Shown here in pieces: positions 48,901 through 61,272 of a stretch of 64,000 nucleotides of DNA; within the stretch, counting starts at the first letter, position 1, and each line of letters starts with the position of its first letter. The notes beneath the pieces are model-generated. The model did no database searches and was not told the DNA's origin. It saw nothing but the letters and a program-made list of their open reading frames with translations. The DNA is taken from the NCBI GenBank assembly GCA_000708835.1, contig DF236966.1, positions 310,001 through 374,000 on the forward strand, read 5' to 3'. This stretch comes from Klebsormidium nitens (taxonomy: Eukaryota; Plantae; Klebsormidiophyceae). The translations under genes and the position numbers were made by a program.

Positions 48901-51900
48901 ACGAGGACTGGGCGCAACTCGGCCAAGCCGCCAAGGCGGTAAGTTCTTGAAATTTTTTCGAGGATATCGGTTTGGAGTACCTAGTTTCCTAGGTTGCGAG
49001 AGTGTGGGTATGAGATTCGGGGCCCAGTTTTCTCTGGACGACGAAAGCGTGCAGCTCGGGCAGGCAGCCAAGGCGGTGCGTGCGCAGAAGCATTGCTGTG
49101 TGGTCCTACGAAGGTTGATCCCTCTGGTTCCTAATGTTTCGGTGTCCTCGATACCAGAAAAGCTGGATTCGATTGGACTTTGGCCCTGGAGTTTTGGGAC
49201 AAAGGCGCTGGGGCTGCCGTGATCCACAGAGCCTTCAACGACGTCAGATGTCGCAAACTCCGTCAAAATCTGGCTCGGAAACTTTCAGATGCTCGGTTGG
49301 CAAAGAGAGGTGCGTTCGGCAACCTCGGGCTCTGGTTCGGGCGTCCAGAACTGAGCGCACCGCGATCAGGCGGCCAAAGTGGTATTCTGGCAGAGTTTCT
49401 TCGTTGACGTTCGCAATCAAGTCTTCATCTTACGAACTTCGAAGGAAGTCTAACGTTCCTTTCGCTGGCCGCAGATGCAAAAGGAGCAAGAGCTGAAGGA
49501 CAGCCAGATCCGCAAGCACTACAGCATGGGCGACCATGTGAAGGTGCTCTCCGGCCAGCACGAGGGCTCCACTGGCCTCATCGTCAAAGTGGACGACGCC
49601 ACCAGCACCGTTGTGCTCTTCTCTGACACTACGCAGCAGGAGGTGGGCGCTCTCACTCTTGCTCGTTGCGCTGGTGTCAAGTTCTGTTCGGAAGGTGGGC
49701 CTTGGTTGAGCGGTTTGGGAGTCGGGCCTGTTGAATCTACTTCGCGAATGCATTGTGCTGGCTAACCTTGTCAGAACGCTTTGGAGTGGAATAAATTCTG
49801 CTCTTGACAACGCACGTCCTGAGCATTTCAGGATCAGTTGGGAGTCAAAAAGCGTTGCTTTTCAGAGTGTGTGTTGCTTGCCACCATCCGAAATGGATCT
49901 GATCAGGGGATCCCTTGGCTGTGGATACTGATTGAGGTGAGCAAAGCGTTGAGATACATTTCCAACACAAAAATCTTTTGCTGTGCAGATCCGGGTGTTC
50001 TCTCACGACATTGTCGAAGCCGCGGAGGTCAGCTCGGGGCTCACGAAGTTCGGAGAGTACGACTTGCACGACCTGATCGCCCTTGAGTGAGCTTCCTATC
50101 CTGCTCTAACGTTCCCACAAACTTTCCTTAAGAAGGTCCTCCTTAAAGCATTAATTTATCTCATGCTCTTATTTTTTATGCATCCTCTCCTAAGACTTCT
50201 GCTATAAAAGGTTTTGACCACCACTTCTCATTGTTTCTTTTCAGCAGCGGCCTGAATGTAGCTGTTGTTCAGACGTCAGACGGTGCGCATGATTGTGCTG
50301 GCGAAGAAGGGATAGCAAATTGCGAAAGATATTTCCTCTTTGATTAGCAATTGTATCACTGACAAGGTCATCCTCTTTCCAATTGTCCGTTTCAAACTCG
50401 TTTCTCAACATACGTTTTAACTGCTCTCTCCAGCAACGGCCTGACGGTGGGCATGATTGTGCGCGTGGAGAAGGACGCGTGCGCCGTGCTGATCGGCAAC
50501 CCCGACCGGCAAGACGTCCGAACAGTGACCCGTCCCCAAATCAAGCGCAAGGTGTTCGACCGCTCGTTCAGCACGCAGGACATGACAGGGGCCGCCATCA
50601 CGGTTAGGGACGTGGTCAAGGTGCACACCGGGGAGTTCAAGGTAAGGGGTTTAAGCAAACCGGATTTGCGAATTCTGTTAACGAGGGTCTCCTGTAACAT
50701 CTTGGAGTGCATGTATTTCGTGTGGCGTGGTTTGCTGATTGTGGCTCACGGGACGAATCCTGCCACCAGTAGGAGCGGGTGTGCCGGTAAGCTGATGATG
50801 AAGTTGCCTAAGAGGGCGATGCTTCAAAGAGCCGCTCGTTTTACGCTTTGCCCTTATTTGAGTGCAATCCAGGGCGAGTAGCTCTGCTACTGTCACCTGT
50901 GATAACAGAGCACCCAGCCATCATCCTCGACTGACCGAATGGAAGGAAGGAGAAAAGGGACTCCCGGCGGACTGTCTAGGGACCCCTTCCCTTATCAGCA
51001 GTTGTCAGTCGTCAATCGGTGCTCCAGATTTTCGGAGTCGATCAGCCAGACCGTCGATCCTCGATTGTTATAAAAAGTACTGTCGAGCATCGGCTCGGGA
51101 GTCCACGTTCTCCTTCCTTTTGTTCTGACACATCTGCGCGCTGCCATTGTCCGCCGCCACAACAGGTGCTAGTGTTGCCCTTCTCCACCGCCCTTGGCTG
51201 ACGTCAGCGATGACGTGGTGCAGGGCAAGCAGGGCCCCGTGGTGCATCTGAGCAAGCAGATGCTGTTCATCCAGTCGCGCGACGTCAAGCAGAACGGGGG
51301 CTTCATCTGCGTGGCCGCGCGCAACTGCAAGGTCTTCGGCGGCAACAAAACGGACCCCTTCGCGGTGAGCCCCCACGATGATTTTGACTCGCATTCCCCC
51401 TTCAATATCCTCGCCTGAATGTTTTTGGGTGAGTCGGACTGTTGAGGGATATCAATGCATATTTCTGGTGGAGCCCTCGATGTGGGCAGCTTCTTTAGGT
51501 CAACCATGCGCATGGCAACGAGGAGGATTCAAATCATCCGTACTAGCAGCCATTGTGCAGTACACGGAGTAAGGAGCAGCATTCCCAGCCCAGCTTGTGC
51601 ACTTTCCTGGAGGATAAGATTCTATTCTTTTATAACCATTTGCGGAATGCGGCTTTGCTTTGAAAGCCGCTTGCAGCAAGACGAAGAGCGACTGCATTTT
51701 GGCATGTCTGCTTCATCTGCGTTGAAAACTGATTGCTCTCTGACAACTTGCCGACTTGTCATCCCTGCCACACGAACCCGTACATTTTGAAGGCAGCGTT
51801 CTTACGAGCCCACATCGCGACTTCGTGTCCTTCTTCGACGAGCCTCATACATGCATACATCCGGACGTTATGCGGACGTTGTTTAACGCTCTCCTCTTTC

Positions 51901-54900
51901 TTCCGCAGCCGCCTCAGCCAAATATGGCGTCCCCCTACGGGCTCTCCAACGGGCAGCCCGGTGGTTATGTTCCCCAAAGTCCGGTGTACGGCCTCCGGTC
52001 ACCCGCCCACTATCTTGCGGCGGGACCGGGGGCTGGCCGAGGAGCGAATCCGGGAGGTGAGCTAATGATCTTTGCTTGAGTAAGCCTTGCTTGGTTTTTT
52101 GTGGAAGGGCAGGGCGCTGGGCGGGGGAATGAGCCGGGAGGTGAGTGTATGGCCTCTGCTTTCCGTGACGAAGTCGCGGAAAGAGATGGGCGCTGGGCGG
52201 GGTTTTGTCCCGGGGGCCCCCCAACTCTGTTTTCTGCTTTCTACTTTTGTTTTTAGGCGGGGTTGGATTGACAGCTGAGCTGCTGCTATCATCTTCTAAC
52301 CTTCGTCTGACAAGGACGAACGCAGAGTAGATGCGGAAGCATTTCGCTGCACAGGGTAGAGGTCCCCCACTTGTCAACGAGTTGTTTTTGCTTTCGTTCT
52401 GTTGAAACAGTCACATGCACAACACACAAAGCTATGACCAAAGGTTTAAGTGACGAATGAGTCAAAATGATTCAACTCCGCATTTGTTTCTAAGAAGAGG
52501 TTTGGTGCGAAGCACTCTTTCAATATCTCGAGAATCATACGCCTCTTCCTGCAGTCTTCTCCCGCACGAGGCACCTCAGAAGAATTTTGATGTGCTTGCT
52601 TCTCTAAAATATGCCATCTTCACAAACCTCTTGCAAAGGTGCTTTGCAAAAGAAGGCTCATGAATGTGTTGTCATTGGCTCCTCGACTGTCATTGGGAGC
52701 GCACGGCAATCTAGAAAGAGTCAAAGGCCATGATTCTCAACCCTACCGTCTCTCCCCGACAGTCTTCTCCGGCGCGCGCGGCCGCGGCGGGCGCCGTGAC
52801 GACAGCCTGACCAACACGATGGTACGCATCATGTCAGGTCCGTGGAAAGGATACCGCGGGCGCGTCAAGGACGCAACCGATACCACCGTCCGAATCGAGC
52901 TTGATTCTCAGATGAAGACGATTACGGTAAACCGGGATCAGTTGAACCTGAAAGAGGGGCGCAGGGAAGAGTCGGCGGGCGGGTATTACCCGCAGACTCC
53001 GTCGAGGGCCTACCCGCAAACGCCGTCAAGGGCGTATCCGCAGACTCCGTCGAGGGAGTATCCGCAGACGCCGGCGCGAGATCCGGCTGGTGAGCCACAT
53101 TTCTCGAGCGCGCACCATTAGACGTACAGCTGTCCTTCAAAATGTTTGAACGCTTGACTAGGCACTTTCAGCCTCCGTCCTTTGGGAAGCGCAGATGCAG
53201 AAAGCTGTGAAACGCCACAAGTTGCTGTCCGAGGTCAGTCACGCAGCGCGGTTTCAGTTCGTCTCTTTGCAAAACAGCTGTCCTATTATCATCTTCTCTC
53301 CCTTCTAATGTTCTGCGACAACGTCCAACGCTCCTCTCACGTTCTCCGCTCCAGCTATGCCTATGACACCCAGTCGCGGGCGTCCCTGTTACCCCGAGCC
53401 ACTCTCTAATTGAATAGAGTCTTTTCATGGAAAGACTAAAACCTTCGTGTTTGTTTTTCCCCTGAGAAAGAAGCGACTGTCTTGCTCACTATCTTCCTAT
53501 CAGCCGTCGATCCTGGAGTCTCTTTCGCTGCAGCCATGCCTATGACACCCAGCCGTGGCCGCGCCTGGGATCCGTACACTCCGATGACGCCAGCCCGCGA
53601 GCCCGGGTGGAACGACGAGCCGCCGTCGTATCACAGCGGGCCGTCCACGTTTGGATCTGCCACGGCGTCGTATGCGCCCTACTCGCCGATCGATTCGCCG
53701 GCGCCCAGCCCTTCAAATGGCAACGTAAGACTTGTCTGGTTTTCCGAAACTGTTGTCTTTAGTTGCAAGGACTGTAAGAACGTTGCTACATGTTTGTCAT
53801 TTCAAGGAAGTTGGCTGTATCGCGACAAGAATGGTGGACCGTGTTCGGAGTTGGGTAATGACAGTGCGACCTGCCATTTGCGCCAACTTCGTGGCCAGGA
53901 CACACTGTAGATTCCTATCAATTCTGGATCTTCAATGGTTGAGTTTCAGGACCGTCGGTGTCCTTCTTTTCAGCAAGCAGCCTACATGCAAACTACTTCA
54001 GTTTGACCCAACCGACATCTGATCAACCCCCAAGATGAGCTCATGCTTACTGTCTCCGAGGACTGGTTTCCCCTTTGATCCCCTCTCTGACTAGTGTGAG
54101 ACCCTCGTTTATGCAGCCGGACACTCCTGGGGCTCGTCCCTATGACGCCCCAACTCCCGGAAGTGGGACCGGGTGGGGATCCGGGGCCACTCCTTACAGC
54201 GATCAACGCAGCCCGGTGGATACCCCCGGGTCCTACCAAGTGCCCAGTCCGTATACTCCGGGCGATCGGCCGACTCCTTACGTTCCCCCGACTCCTACTA
54301 CTCCGGGCGGAAGCGGGGCTGGGGTGCCAGACCCAATGTCCCCAGGTGAGTGCCGGAAGCTTGTCTTCGTTAAGAGAATGTGTTAGTCTGACGTGTATGA
54401 CCTTGACTCTGAGAGAGGGACTGATTTGTGTGGCAATTTTTTGTACGACTTGATTGCTAAGTGATCAAACTGGATATGCAGTCTCCAACTGCACTGGGGA
54501 TCCGTTCTTTGTACTTATCAGCGTCGGGCATAGCCCACAGTGAAAACAGTGCACACCGACGAATCTGATTAACGAAGCGTCTTTCGACCAGCCGCCTTGT
54601 CTGTCCTGAGTGATGACACAATGGACTCGATGGTTCTCAGAACTCATTCATAGTGTTCGAGCATTTCATTCATCCGAAGTCGCACATAACGTCCCCACAT
54701 ACAGCCCACACCGATGATGCGAATCCTCTTGCAACAGCTTTCGGCACGCCATTGGACAACTCCTCTTGGCCGATTCCCGACGTGTGGGTGACAGCTTCCG
54801 AGAGGCAGGGCATCCTCCGGGAGATCCTCCCCGACGGCGGGTTCAAGGTGCAAATCGGCTCAGGATCGGACCCGGTAGAGTTCGTGACCGCCCAGTTGGC

Positions 54901-55078
54901 GGATCTGGAGCTGATTGCACCGAGAAAGGGCGACAACATCAAGATCGTCACGGGAGAGTTCCGGGGGCTGACCGGGAAGCTTATTGGAATCGACGGAAGC
55001 GACGGGATCGTGAAGCTAGACGGAAACATGGACATCAAGATTCTGGACATGAGCAATCTGGGGAAGGTCGGCGGGTAG
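42971..55078 (+). CDS. SPT5: Transcription elongation factor SPT5 (DSIF large subunit), ~1087 aa
   Basis: 18 exons: 42971-43061, 44084-44281, 44699-44859, 45381-45476, 45945-46100, 46677-46916, 47642-47830, 48092-48188, 48754-48938, 49475-49642, 49989-50086, 50434-50641, 51224-51364, 51909-52056, 52763-53089, 53534-53724, 54117-54345, 54738-55078 (3264 nt). Acidic N-terminus; NGN domain (DDPKLWMVKC..LMQK..DHLKGYLYIEA); several KOW motifs (WVRVRNGLYKGDLAQV, FVPGDSIRVVEGE, GDHVKVLSG, VRIMSGPWKGYRGRV); TP-rich CTR; terminal KOW. Confidence 0.97.
48420..48775 (+). repeat. Degenerate ~55-bp tandem array (~7 units) ending in the true acceptor of an SPT5 exon
   Basis: Units of the form cag-c(c/t)(c/t)taa(c/t)cgacgcggccactcc..ctt(t)ct begin near 48423, 48474, 48532, 48584, 48641, 48698 and 48751. 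Confidence 0.75.
52987..53082 (+). repeat. Coding 24-bp repeat x4 encoding the SPT5 CTR octapeptide YPQTP(S/A)R(A/E/D)
   Basis: Translation reads YPQTPSRA YPQTPSRA YPQTPSRE YPQTPARD. Confidence 0.9.
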
Positions 55079-55764
55079 GTCGAGGGAGCCGCAGTTTCGG
55101 AGATTGCTAGCCGGTCGTTGCAGTTTTGGCTGAGCCCGTGAATCCCTGTGGTTGATTTTATTGGGTCGAGCTTGCAACCGAGTGCCATCGAACCGGCGGA
55201 CACGGATGTCACCTAGAATGTGGGATCCTGTCTTATTTTTGGCATGCGTGTAATGCTCCCCTGGGGATCCTTCTTCTAAACTACAAAGGTCACTTCAAGC
55301 CATTCCAGAACAGCATTGTTTAACGTGCAGTAGAGTCGACTGGCTGAATCTCGTGTCTCAGAGCAAGTCTAGCTGACCTTTAAGATTAGATAGTGGCATG
55401 CCGGCCCACATGCTGCGCATGCACTTCATGGACTCCTCGGTTGATATATAACTCTAAGTGCAAGAACATTCTCAGTGCTGCAATCACGGTGCATGACACG
55501 CACACAGCGTACTGTAGTACCCGGCCGCGCTCACGAAAGAGAAGTTTGAGATCATTCAAACCTCTTGGCACACGAGTCTCCCGAGGACGGCGGCTGAACG
55601 CAGGCCTTTTACATTTGAGCTGTTGAAAGTGTTCCGAGTGTTCCTGCTTAACTTAATCTTGAACGGAAGCCTAACCGGGCTCGATGTTTGATGATGCAAG
55701 GCGAGACTAAACCCTCCGACGAGGCATCATCCGCATGGCCGCGCACTGGGAGGATTGTTATACG

Positions 55765-55845
55765 AAAACCCTAACCCACAGAATCACCCGCTCCGCACCG
55801 TGCCGAACGTACCCCAACCCCCAAAGTAACCCTACCCAACACAGG
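55765..55845. repeat. C/A-rich dispersed repeat, telomere-like degenerate (family member)
   Basis: Shares atcacccgctc(c/t)gcacc and taaccctaccc with the reverse complement of 20470-20545. Confidence 0.55.
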
Positions 55846-56432
55846 CTGATTTCCGGCCATGCTATTGCTAAAGCTTCCCGTCGCTGAATGGAAGATACGC
55901 GCGGGCAGAGAACTGTCCATGCGCTGGGCACTTCGATTTTCCGCTCTCGGGCTGCCAAAAACATTGCCCGTCATCACATGAACAGCCTGGCAACCGACCG
56001 GCTAGAGGTTGACTAGTAACTTAGAACATATGCCTAGAACCATCGCCCAATTGCAAGAAGCGGCTCCTCACGGCAAATGAGCGCCCACAGCTTGTAGCCG
56101 CTCGGTGACCGTCATACCGCGCGCGCACTGTGCGCATGTGACGTCACGATTCATATCCAGGCCCGCCGCGCGTCGGCCTGCCTGAGTTTGCCGCGGCCGG
56201 CAATTTGAACTTCCATCAAACGTGACCCGCCGACTCCAGGTGGCCGCGGCCGGCTTCGCGTGTGCTCGAGTCGTCACCAGGTCAAGAACCATGATCGATA
56301 TACGGTACTGTATGCTTGGACCAGCGGAAGGGCTTGAGTTTGTTCACTTTCTACAAATTTGGGCCTTTCTCTCTCCTGCTTGGGCGCTGCCGTCCGGTCG
56401 GCTGACGGTATTGCTCCTGAAGACGCCAAGAC

Positions 56433-57160
56433 GTGCACAAAAGCAAACCTGGTTCTTGCCAAGGCGCAGATCTTAACGCGGATAAAGATCCAGCCGTAGA
56501 TCTGACGCCCGCGCCTTCTGACGTCATTGCTTGGGTCCTTAGTAACGTTTTCAGAGCCAGGGATCTTACATGGCGCCAAAGCGCAGATGAGAAGCTGAAG
56601 CGAGAGCTTCAGTTGGAGGCACATGCGGAGCGGCTGAAGAGTTGCTGGAAGGAGCATGGGGAAGAATTCACCAAGGCGTTCGCAGAAGAATTAATGGCGT
56701 GCATACAAGACGGGCAACACACATTCAGCGACTTTGGTGAGGTTACTGATTTCCTCGTACCACTTTTCGGCGCATGTAGAAGCGATCCCAGCTTACACAT
56801 CACAAGAGGTTCGCAGGCGCTTTGACGTACTGTTTTGGAGAAGTTCCGCCGGAAGCACGAGCAATTGGCCCAAGGAACAGAATGGGCGGCACCTGCAACA
56901 AAGCGCTGGCGGGAGAAAAGCTCGAACTTCCTTCACCATTTGGAATCCTCGATTCCTTACAGCGGAGATATAAAAACTTCACCCGAATCTCGAGAAAGAT
57001 GGAAAAAGCGATAGGGAAGATCACGAAACAGATGGACGATGAGGACTTAAGAGTGGTACGAGGGCACGAAAAGGAGGCTAGAGACGCTGTAGAAGCGTCA
57101 ATGAAGGCCAAGAAGGAGCAGCTCAAGGCGTCTCTGAGAAAGGCACCCTGGGACAAATAA
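56433..57160 (+). CDS. Hypothetical helical protein in overlapping ORFs (56433-56825 and 56822-57160); possibly a short intron plus frameshift, or a pseudogene
   Basis: Protein-like charged segments (DEKLKRELQLEAHAERLKSCWKEHGEEF; RKMEKAIGKITKQMDDEDLR). No family recognised. Confidence 0.35.
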
Positions 57161-57184
57161 GTCTCGATTTTATGTTGAGTTGGG

Positions 57185-57342
57185 TGTATGTTGAGTTAGA
57201 TCAGTTTCCCGGGCTCAATCAAACTAAAAACCTAAACCCAAAGTTAACATGCTCCACACCCGTACCCACCCTAAACCCCTAACCCAACCCCACCCATCCC
57301 ACCGGCATGACCTAACGCAACGTAGCCGTAACTCAACACACA
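57185..57342. repeat. C/A-rich dispersed repeat with 14-bp imperfect inverted ends (family member)
   Basis: Core gctccacacccgtacccaccctaa...accccacccatccca aligns with rc(20470-20530), about 20/25 then 13/15 identical. tgtatgttgagtta (57185) and taactcaacacaca (57329) are 13/14 inverted. Confidence 0.55.
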
Positions 57343-58870
57343 ATTCTAGGACAAGTAGGGAGCGTTCGCATGCGAGGAGAGCTTGAGGCAGTCTTGAATC
57401 ATCATTCGTAGAGTCATATTGCACAATTAGAGAGGTTGCAAGATCTGAATCCGACGAACTTCTGTTCTTGTTCGGCGTGCATGACATATGGATGCAGAAC
57501 AACGATTCATGTTGCGCGTTTCTGTACTCACCGTCCTTATGAGGGCATGCCACAAAGCAATAATTTCAGGGCGGCTGTACGTACCAGCCCGTTATTTTTA
57601 TTCGAGATGACACAGAAAGCTTGGGACTTCGACATCTTATAACGGGCTTCCAATCGAGTGATCACGGTTCATGACAACCTAGGCCTGCCGGTCAAACGCT
57701 TATATTTGCGTACTGCACACACGTGCACGTCCAGTTGTATGCGCAAGTCCCTACAGCTACCGCCCGGATCCAGTCGAAAGCTTGGCCATCACAGATCTGC
57801 TGCATTTTTCCCGCTGTTGCTTTCCAAAATATTGGCGGAAAGGCGAGACGTTGAGACGTTGTTCCTACTTGCAATCCTGGATGAGTTTCGTCGAAAGCAT
57901 GAGCAACTTGTCGCTCAAGGAGCGGAACTGGCGGAACCTGCGTCACATCAGTGGCGAGGAGCGACCTTGACCCTTCTTCAAGGTCTGGATAACTCCTTAT
58001 CTGTGATTGACACCAGTCTGACCAGTCCAATTTAGATCATACAATTGCAAGGAGAGCAATCAGGCCAGTGAAGGCAGATCTTTGAAGGGTGCACCAAAAG
58101 GCTTTGAAGATACAACACGAAGTGGCGAAGTTGAAGGTGAGGCGGAAACGGCAGCCAAGACTTTTGCTCGACTACTTAGAGCTTTCAGCGGAAGCCGAGC
58201 TACCCGGGCACATAAACGCAGAAAGTCAACTGAAAGAATTACGCGCACCGGACTCCAATTGCAACCCACCCTAATCACTTACCTACATCACCCGTCTCCC
58301 GGGCGCCTATTTTCAAGTCGTATCTTCAAATTCACATAAAGGTTGCCAGAGTGCGGCCCGAAAACCCTAAAACTCGGGTGGCTACAATAGAGGCTGACGT
58401 ACTCTAGTTTCGATGATGACGTATAACGTTAGCGATGAGGGGTAAAGATAGACAGCAAGCTCTGCGTGAGCTAGGACGCCGCAAAATACGGAATAAGCAG
58501 AAGCTATGCCAGAACGAACCACCTTCTAATCAGATCTGCAAAATCATTCGCGATAAATGGAAAGTCGACTGTAACATAGATGCCCAGGCTATATGTATAC
58601 AGGGGTGCAGATCTTCGACTATATTTTGTACCCTTTTTGGACGACATGCTTTGGAGCGCGAGCCAGAATCACGATTGCTTCTTCTTGGAGACCTTTGGAA
58701 AACCACCTCGCACAGTCAGTAGGAAGCTCATGGCCGTCGGTCATGGAAGACTTTGCGAATGCGATTCAATCCTTCTGTGTTGCACAGTTCCTGACGTTTA
58801 ATATTGGCAGGCTATCTGGCAAAACTTGCGCATTGAGGGAGCGCACCTGCTACTCCTCGCCACGTTGAAG

Positions 58871-58940
58871 CATCTTTCAGGAATAGTATCTGCCGCTTCA
58901 AAAAATAGCACATCTTTCAGGAACAGTATCTGCCGCTCCA
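58871..58940. repeat. Direct repeat, 2 copies, 40-bp period
   Basis: catctttcaggaa(t/c)agtatctgccgct occurs at 58871 and 58911. Confidence 0.85.
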
Positions 58941-59176
58941 AAGCCCAAGGCAGACTAGAGACGCCTACTCCTCTGCCGCTCCTACTGTAAGTACTGCTGC
59001 ATGTTAGCGCGCGCTCTGATCGTCGCGGCCGCGCCGTTGAAACCCTGTTGTTTGATGCGGCCGCGTTGAGCCGCCGCGATCTGGCCGGCGCGATCATTTT
59101 TGTGTAACCCGCGTCTTGGTCAACCGTGAACAAACGCGAACGCTGACATTTGAGTAGCAGCTTTTGATGGGAGACG

Positions 59177-60613
59177 ATGGCGGACCTCTTTGAAGAGCTA
59201 CCAGAAGACGCCAATCATTTGATCTGTAGGTTCACGTCCAGCCTTGACCTGGACCTCGGGGAGATTTGGCCCCTACGGCAAGTTTCAAAGACGTGGAAGC
59301 AGGCGGTGGAAGAAGGGCACCTGGGAGAAGCCGGCCGCTTCCACAAACCAGGCTTGCTCACTTTCGCTTGCCGGGTTGTTGACGCTGAGCCTGGCAGGGG
59401 CAAAAGTTTGTTAGAGTGGCAGAATGTTTATCCTGGACTGGGGGTTCTGAATGAAGATAGGACTGTGCTTCATGTTCATCCATTCAGGAAGAGGACGTTT
59501 GGGAAGGGTCTGACTGAGGCACAGTCAAGCGCGGTCTGGGTGGACATACCCGAGAGCACGGTTGTGGTCAACAGAGCAGTGTACGTTCTGAGCGAGCCAA
59601 AGCGTGCCCCGAGTGATGTCTATTTAAGGGTGCGAGAGTTTCGCCTGAGGTCTTTTGACCTGACCAGTCGAGAGGGGTGCTGGAAGGAGAGGAGCTCTTT
59701 GCAGCTCACAGAGGAAGAAGCCCCATTGTCTCCTACGGCAGAGGGCTTCGTTTTCGGGTTTAACTTCTGCACTGTGCAAACCAGCTTTACCGTGGTCGCA
59801 TCCCAGCGCTACGTCTTCGTCTTGCACTACGCAATACCGAGCGTTGTCTCCGAATTCCCGAATAGGTGGTTTGCAATCATCAGGTCTTCGCACGGAAGCC
59901 TCTACGACACCCTGAGCGACACGTGGAGGCCCTTCGCGTTGCCTCCGCATTTCCTGCCACCCACCCCACGAACAGGCTTAAACGATTGCCCGTCCAGGTT
60001 CCATGAATGGAAAGAGGGTGACGTCTTGGCATATCTCGCCGAAGGAAGGAAGGTGACTGAAGTGATGTGTGCTGCATCTGCGGATGCCATTGTTCTGTTA
60101 AACGGGCTGCAAAAGAAAGTGTGGCTTCATTCCCTGGCGGAACGAGAGCTCGACCAACCCTGGAAGGCAGTCTCTTTTGGATCAGCACTTGGGGAGCAAC
60201 ATTCCCCGGAGGAAATATCCTACTCTTCTCTGACGGCTGTCTCGGGCGTTCCCGACGCATTCGCCTTCTCTTTCTTGAGGACTACAGGCCCAGGCGCTCC
60301 TAGCAAGGACATCATCAAGGCCAAGTCTGCTCCACAAGGGCAGAGCATGGGCATTGCAGAGAATGATTCATCAACGGTTCTCGCCGTGACAGACGAAACA
60401 CGTTGGTTAGCGCCCGAAAATTTCGACGGAAGGTACCACGAAGATCTTCATGACGTGCACGGAGAACTGCTTGTTTTCGGCAAGGAGGCAGGCAGGTGGC
60501 AGGGAAGCAAGAAGCATGTGAGATACATACAACCGTTTAAGGGCAGATACTCTAAAAGGCTCGGTGAGGTTCTCTGGTCCCGTCTCTTAGCCATACCAAA
60601 GGCAGGTTCTTGA
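59177..60613 (+). CDS. Intronless F-box protein, 478 aa, with probable beta-rich substrate-binding region
   Basis: Long single ORF. N-terminal F-box-like motif LFEELPEDANHLICRF...LRQVSKTWKQAV, followed by kelch-like segments (GSLYDTLSDTWRPF). Confidence 0.75.
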   Translation: MADLFEELPEDANHLICRFTSSLDLDLGEIWPLRQVSKTWKQAVEEGHLGEAGRFHKPGLLTFACRVVDAEPGRGKSLLEWQNVYPGLGVLNEDRTVLHVHPFRKRTFGKGLTEAQSSAVWVDIPESTVVVNRAVYVLSEPKRAPSDVYLRVREFRLRSFDLTSREGCWKERSSLQLTEEEAPLSPTAEGFVFGFNFCTVQTSFTVVASQRYVFVLHYAIPSVVSEFPNRWFAIIRSSHGSLYDTLSDTWRPFALPPHFLPPTPRTGLNDCPSRFHEWKEGDVLAYLAEGRKVTEVMCAASADAIVLLNGLQKKVWLHSLAERELDQPWKAVSFGSALGEQHSPEEISYSSLTAVSGVPDAFAFSFLRTTGPGAPSKDIIKAKSAPQGQSMGIAENDSSTVLAVTDETRWLAPENFDGRYHEDLHDVHGELLVFGKEAGRWQGSKKHVRYIQPFKGRYSKRLGEVLWSRLLAIPKAGS

Positions 60614-61272
60614 ACTGTTATGACGATTTTGATCTTCCGAGTACGTCACAGTCGGGCAGTCGCCCGGGCCAGAGTAGGCAAAGCTAAGATAAAAGATAAG
60701 GGAGTTAATCGACGGATCTTGAAGACCTTACTCAAGAATCTAACGTGCAAGGCTTCAATCATACAAGCAGCTTCAAGGAATCATGAAAACTGATGACGGA
60801 CTCAGTTAGTGCACTCGAGCGGCGCTTGCTTCGGCTGCTTGTTTGTACACTTCTGCGATTGCACGCAAATTGAATTCAATGTTCTGCATGAGCCATGTCT
60901 AGCGTGCTCAGATCCCTGTATGGTTGTTCGTATCATTCTCCTGGCCCATGAGTGTCTGCGCCCTAGTTGTCCTGCAAGCTTTTTCCTCGATGTTGACAAG
61001 TCGCGGGCGCCTCGCACAGAAGCTGAGTCTAAGCAATCTGCCGGAGTCTAAACTAGGAGGCCCAAAATAGAGGTCCGGCCGCCCTCACTTGATTGCATGC
61101 GCAGGTCATCAGTCAGTGCATCCATCGGCCACTGACAGGAGCCTCGATACCAACCTCGATCGAGGACGGGAAACTCTGAGACGTTGCAAATGGTACGGTA
61201 CAAAACAGCACGACATGCAACAAGTGCATATGATGCATGGACTCTAATCTAGCACCTGCACACAATCAATTA

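Noticed and set aside
57221-57300. True telomere or chromosome end (also 5090-5150)
   Set aside because: Short, highly degenerate and interstitial, with genes on both sides.
57658-58340. ORFs 57658-58035 and 58082-58339 as a gene
   Set aside because: No clear start, splice model or motif; only a short stretch looks protein-like.
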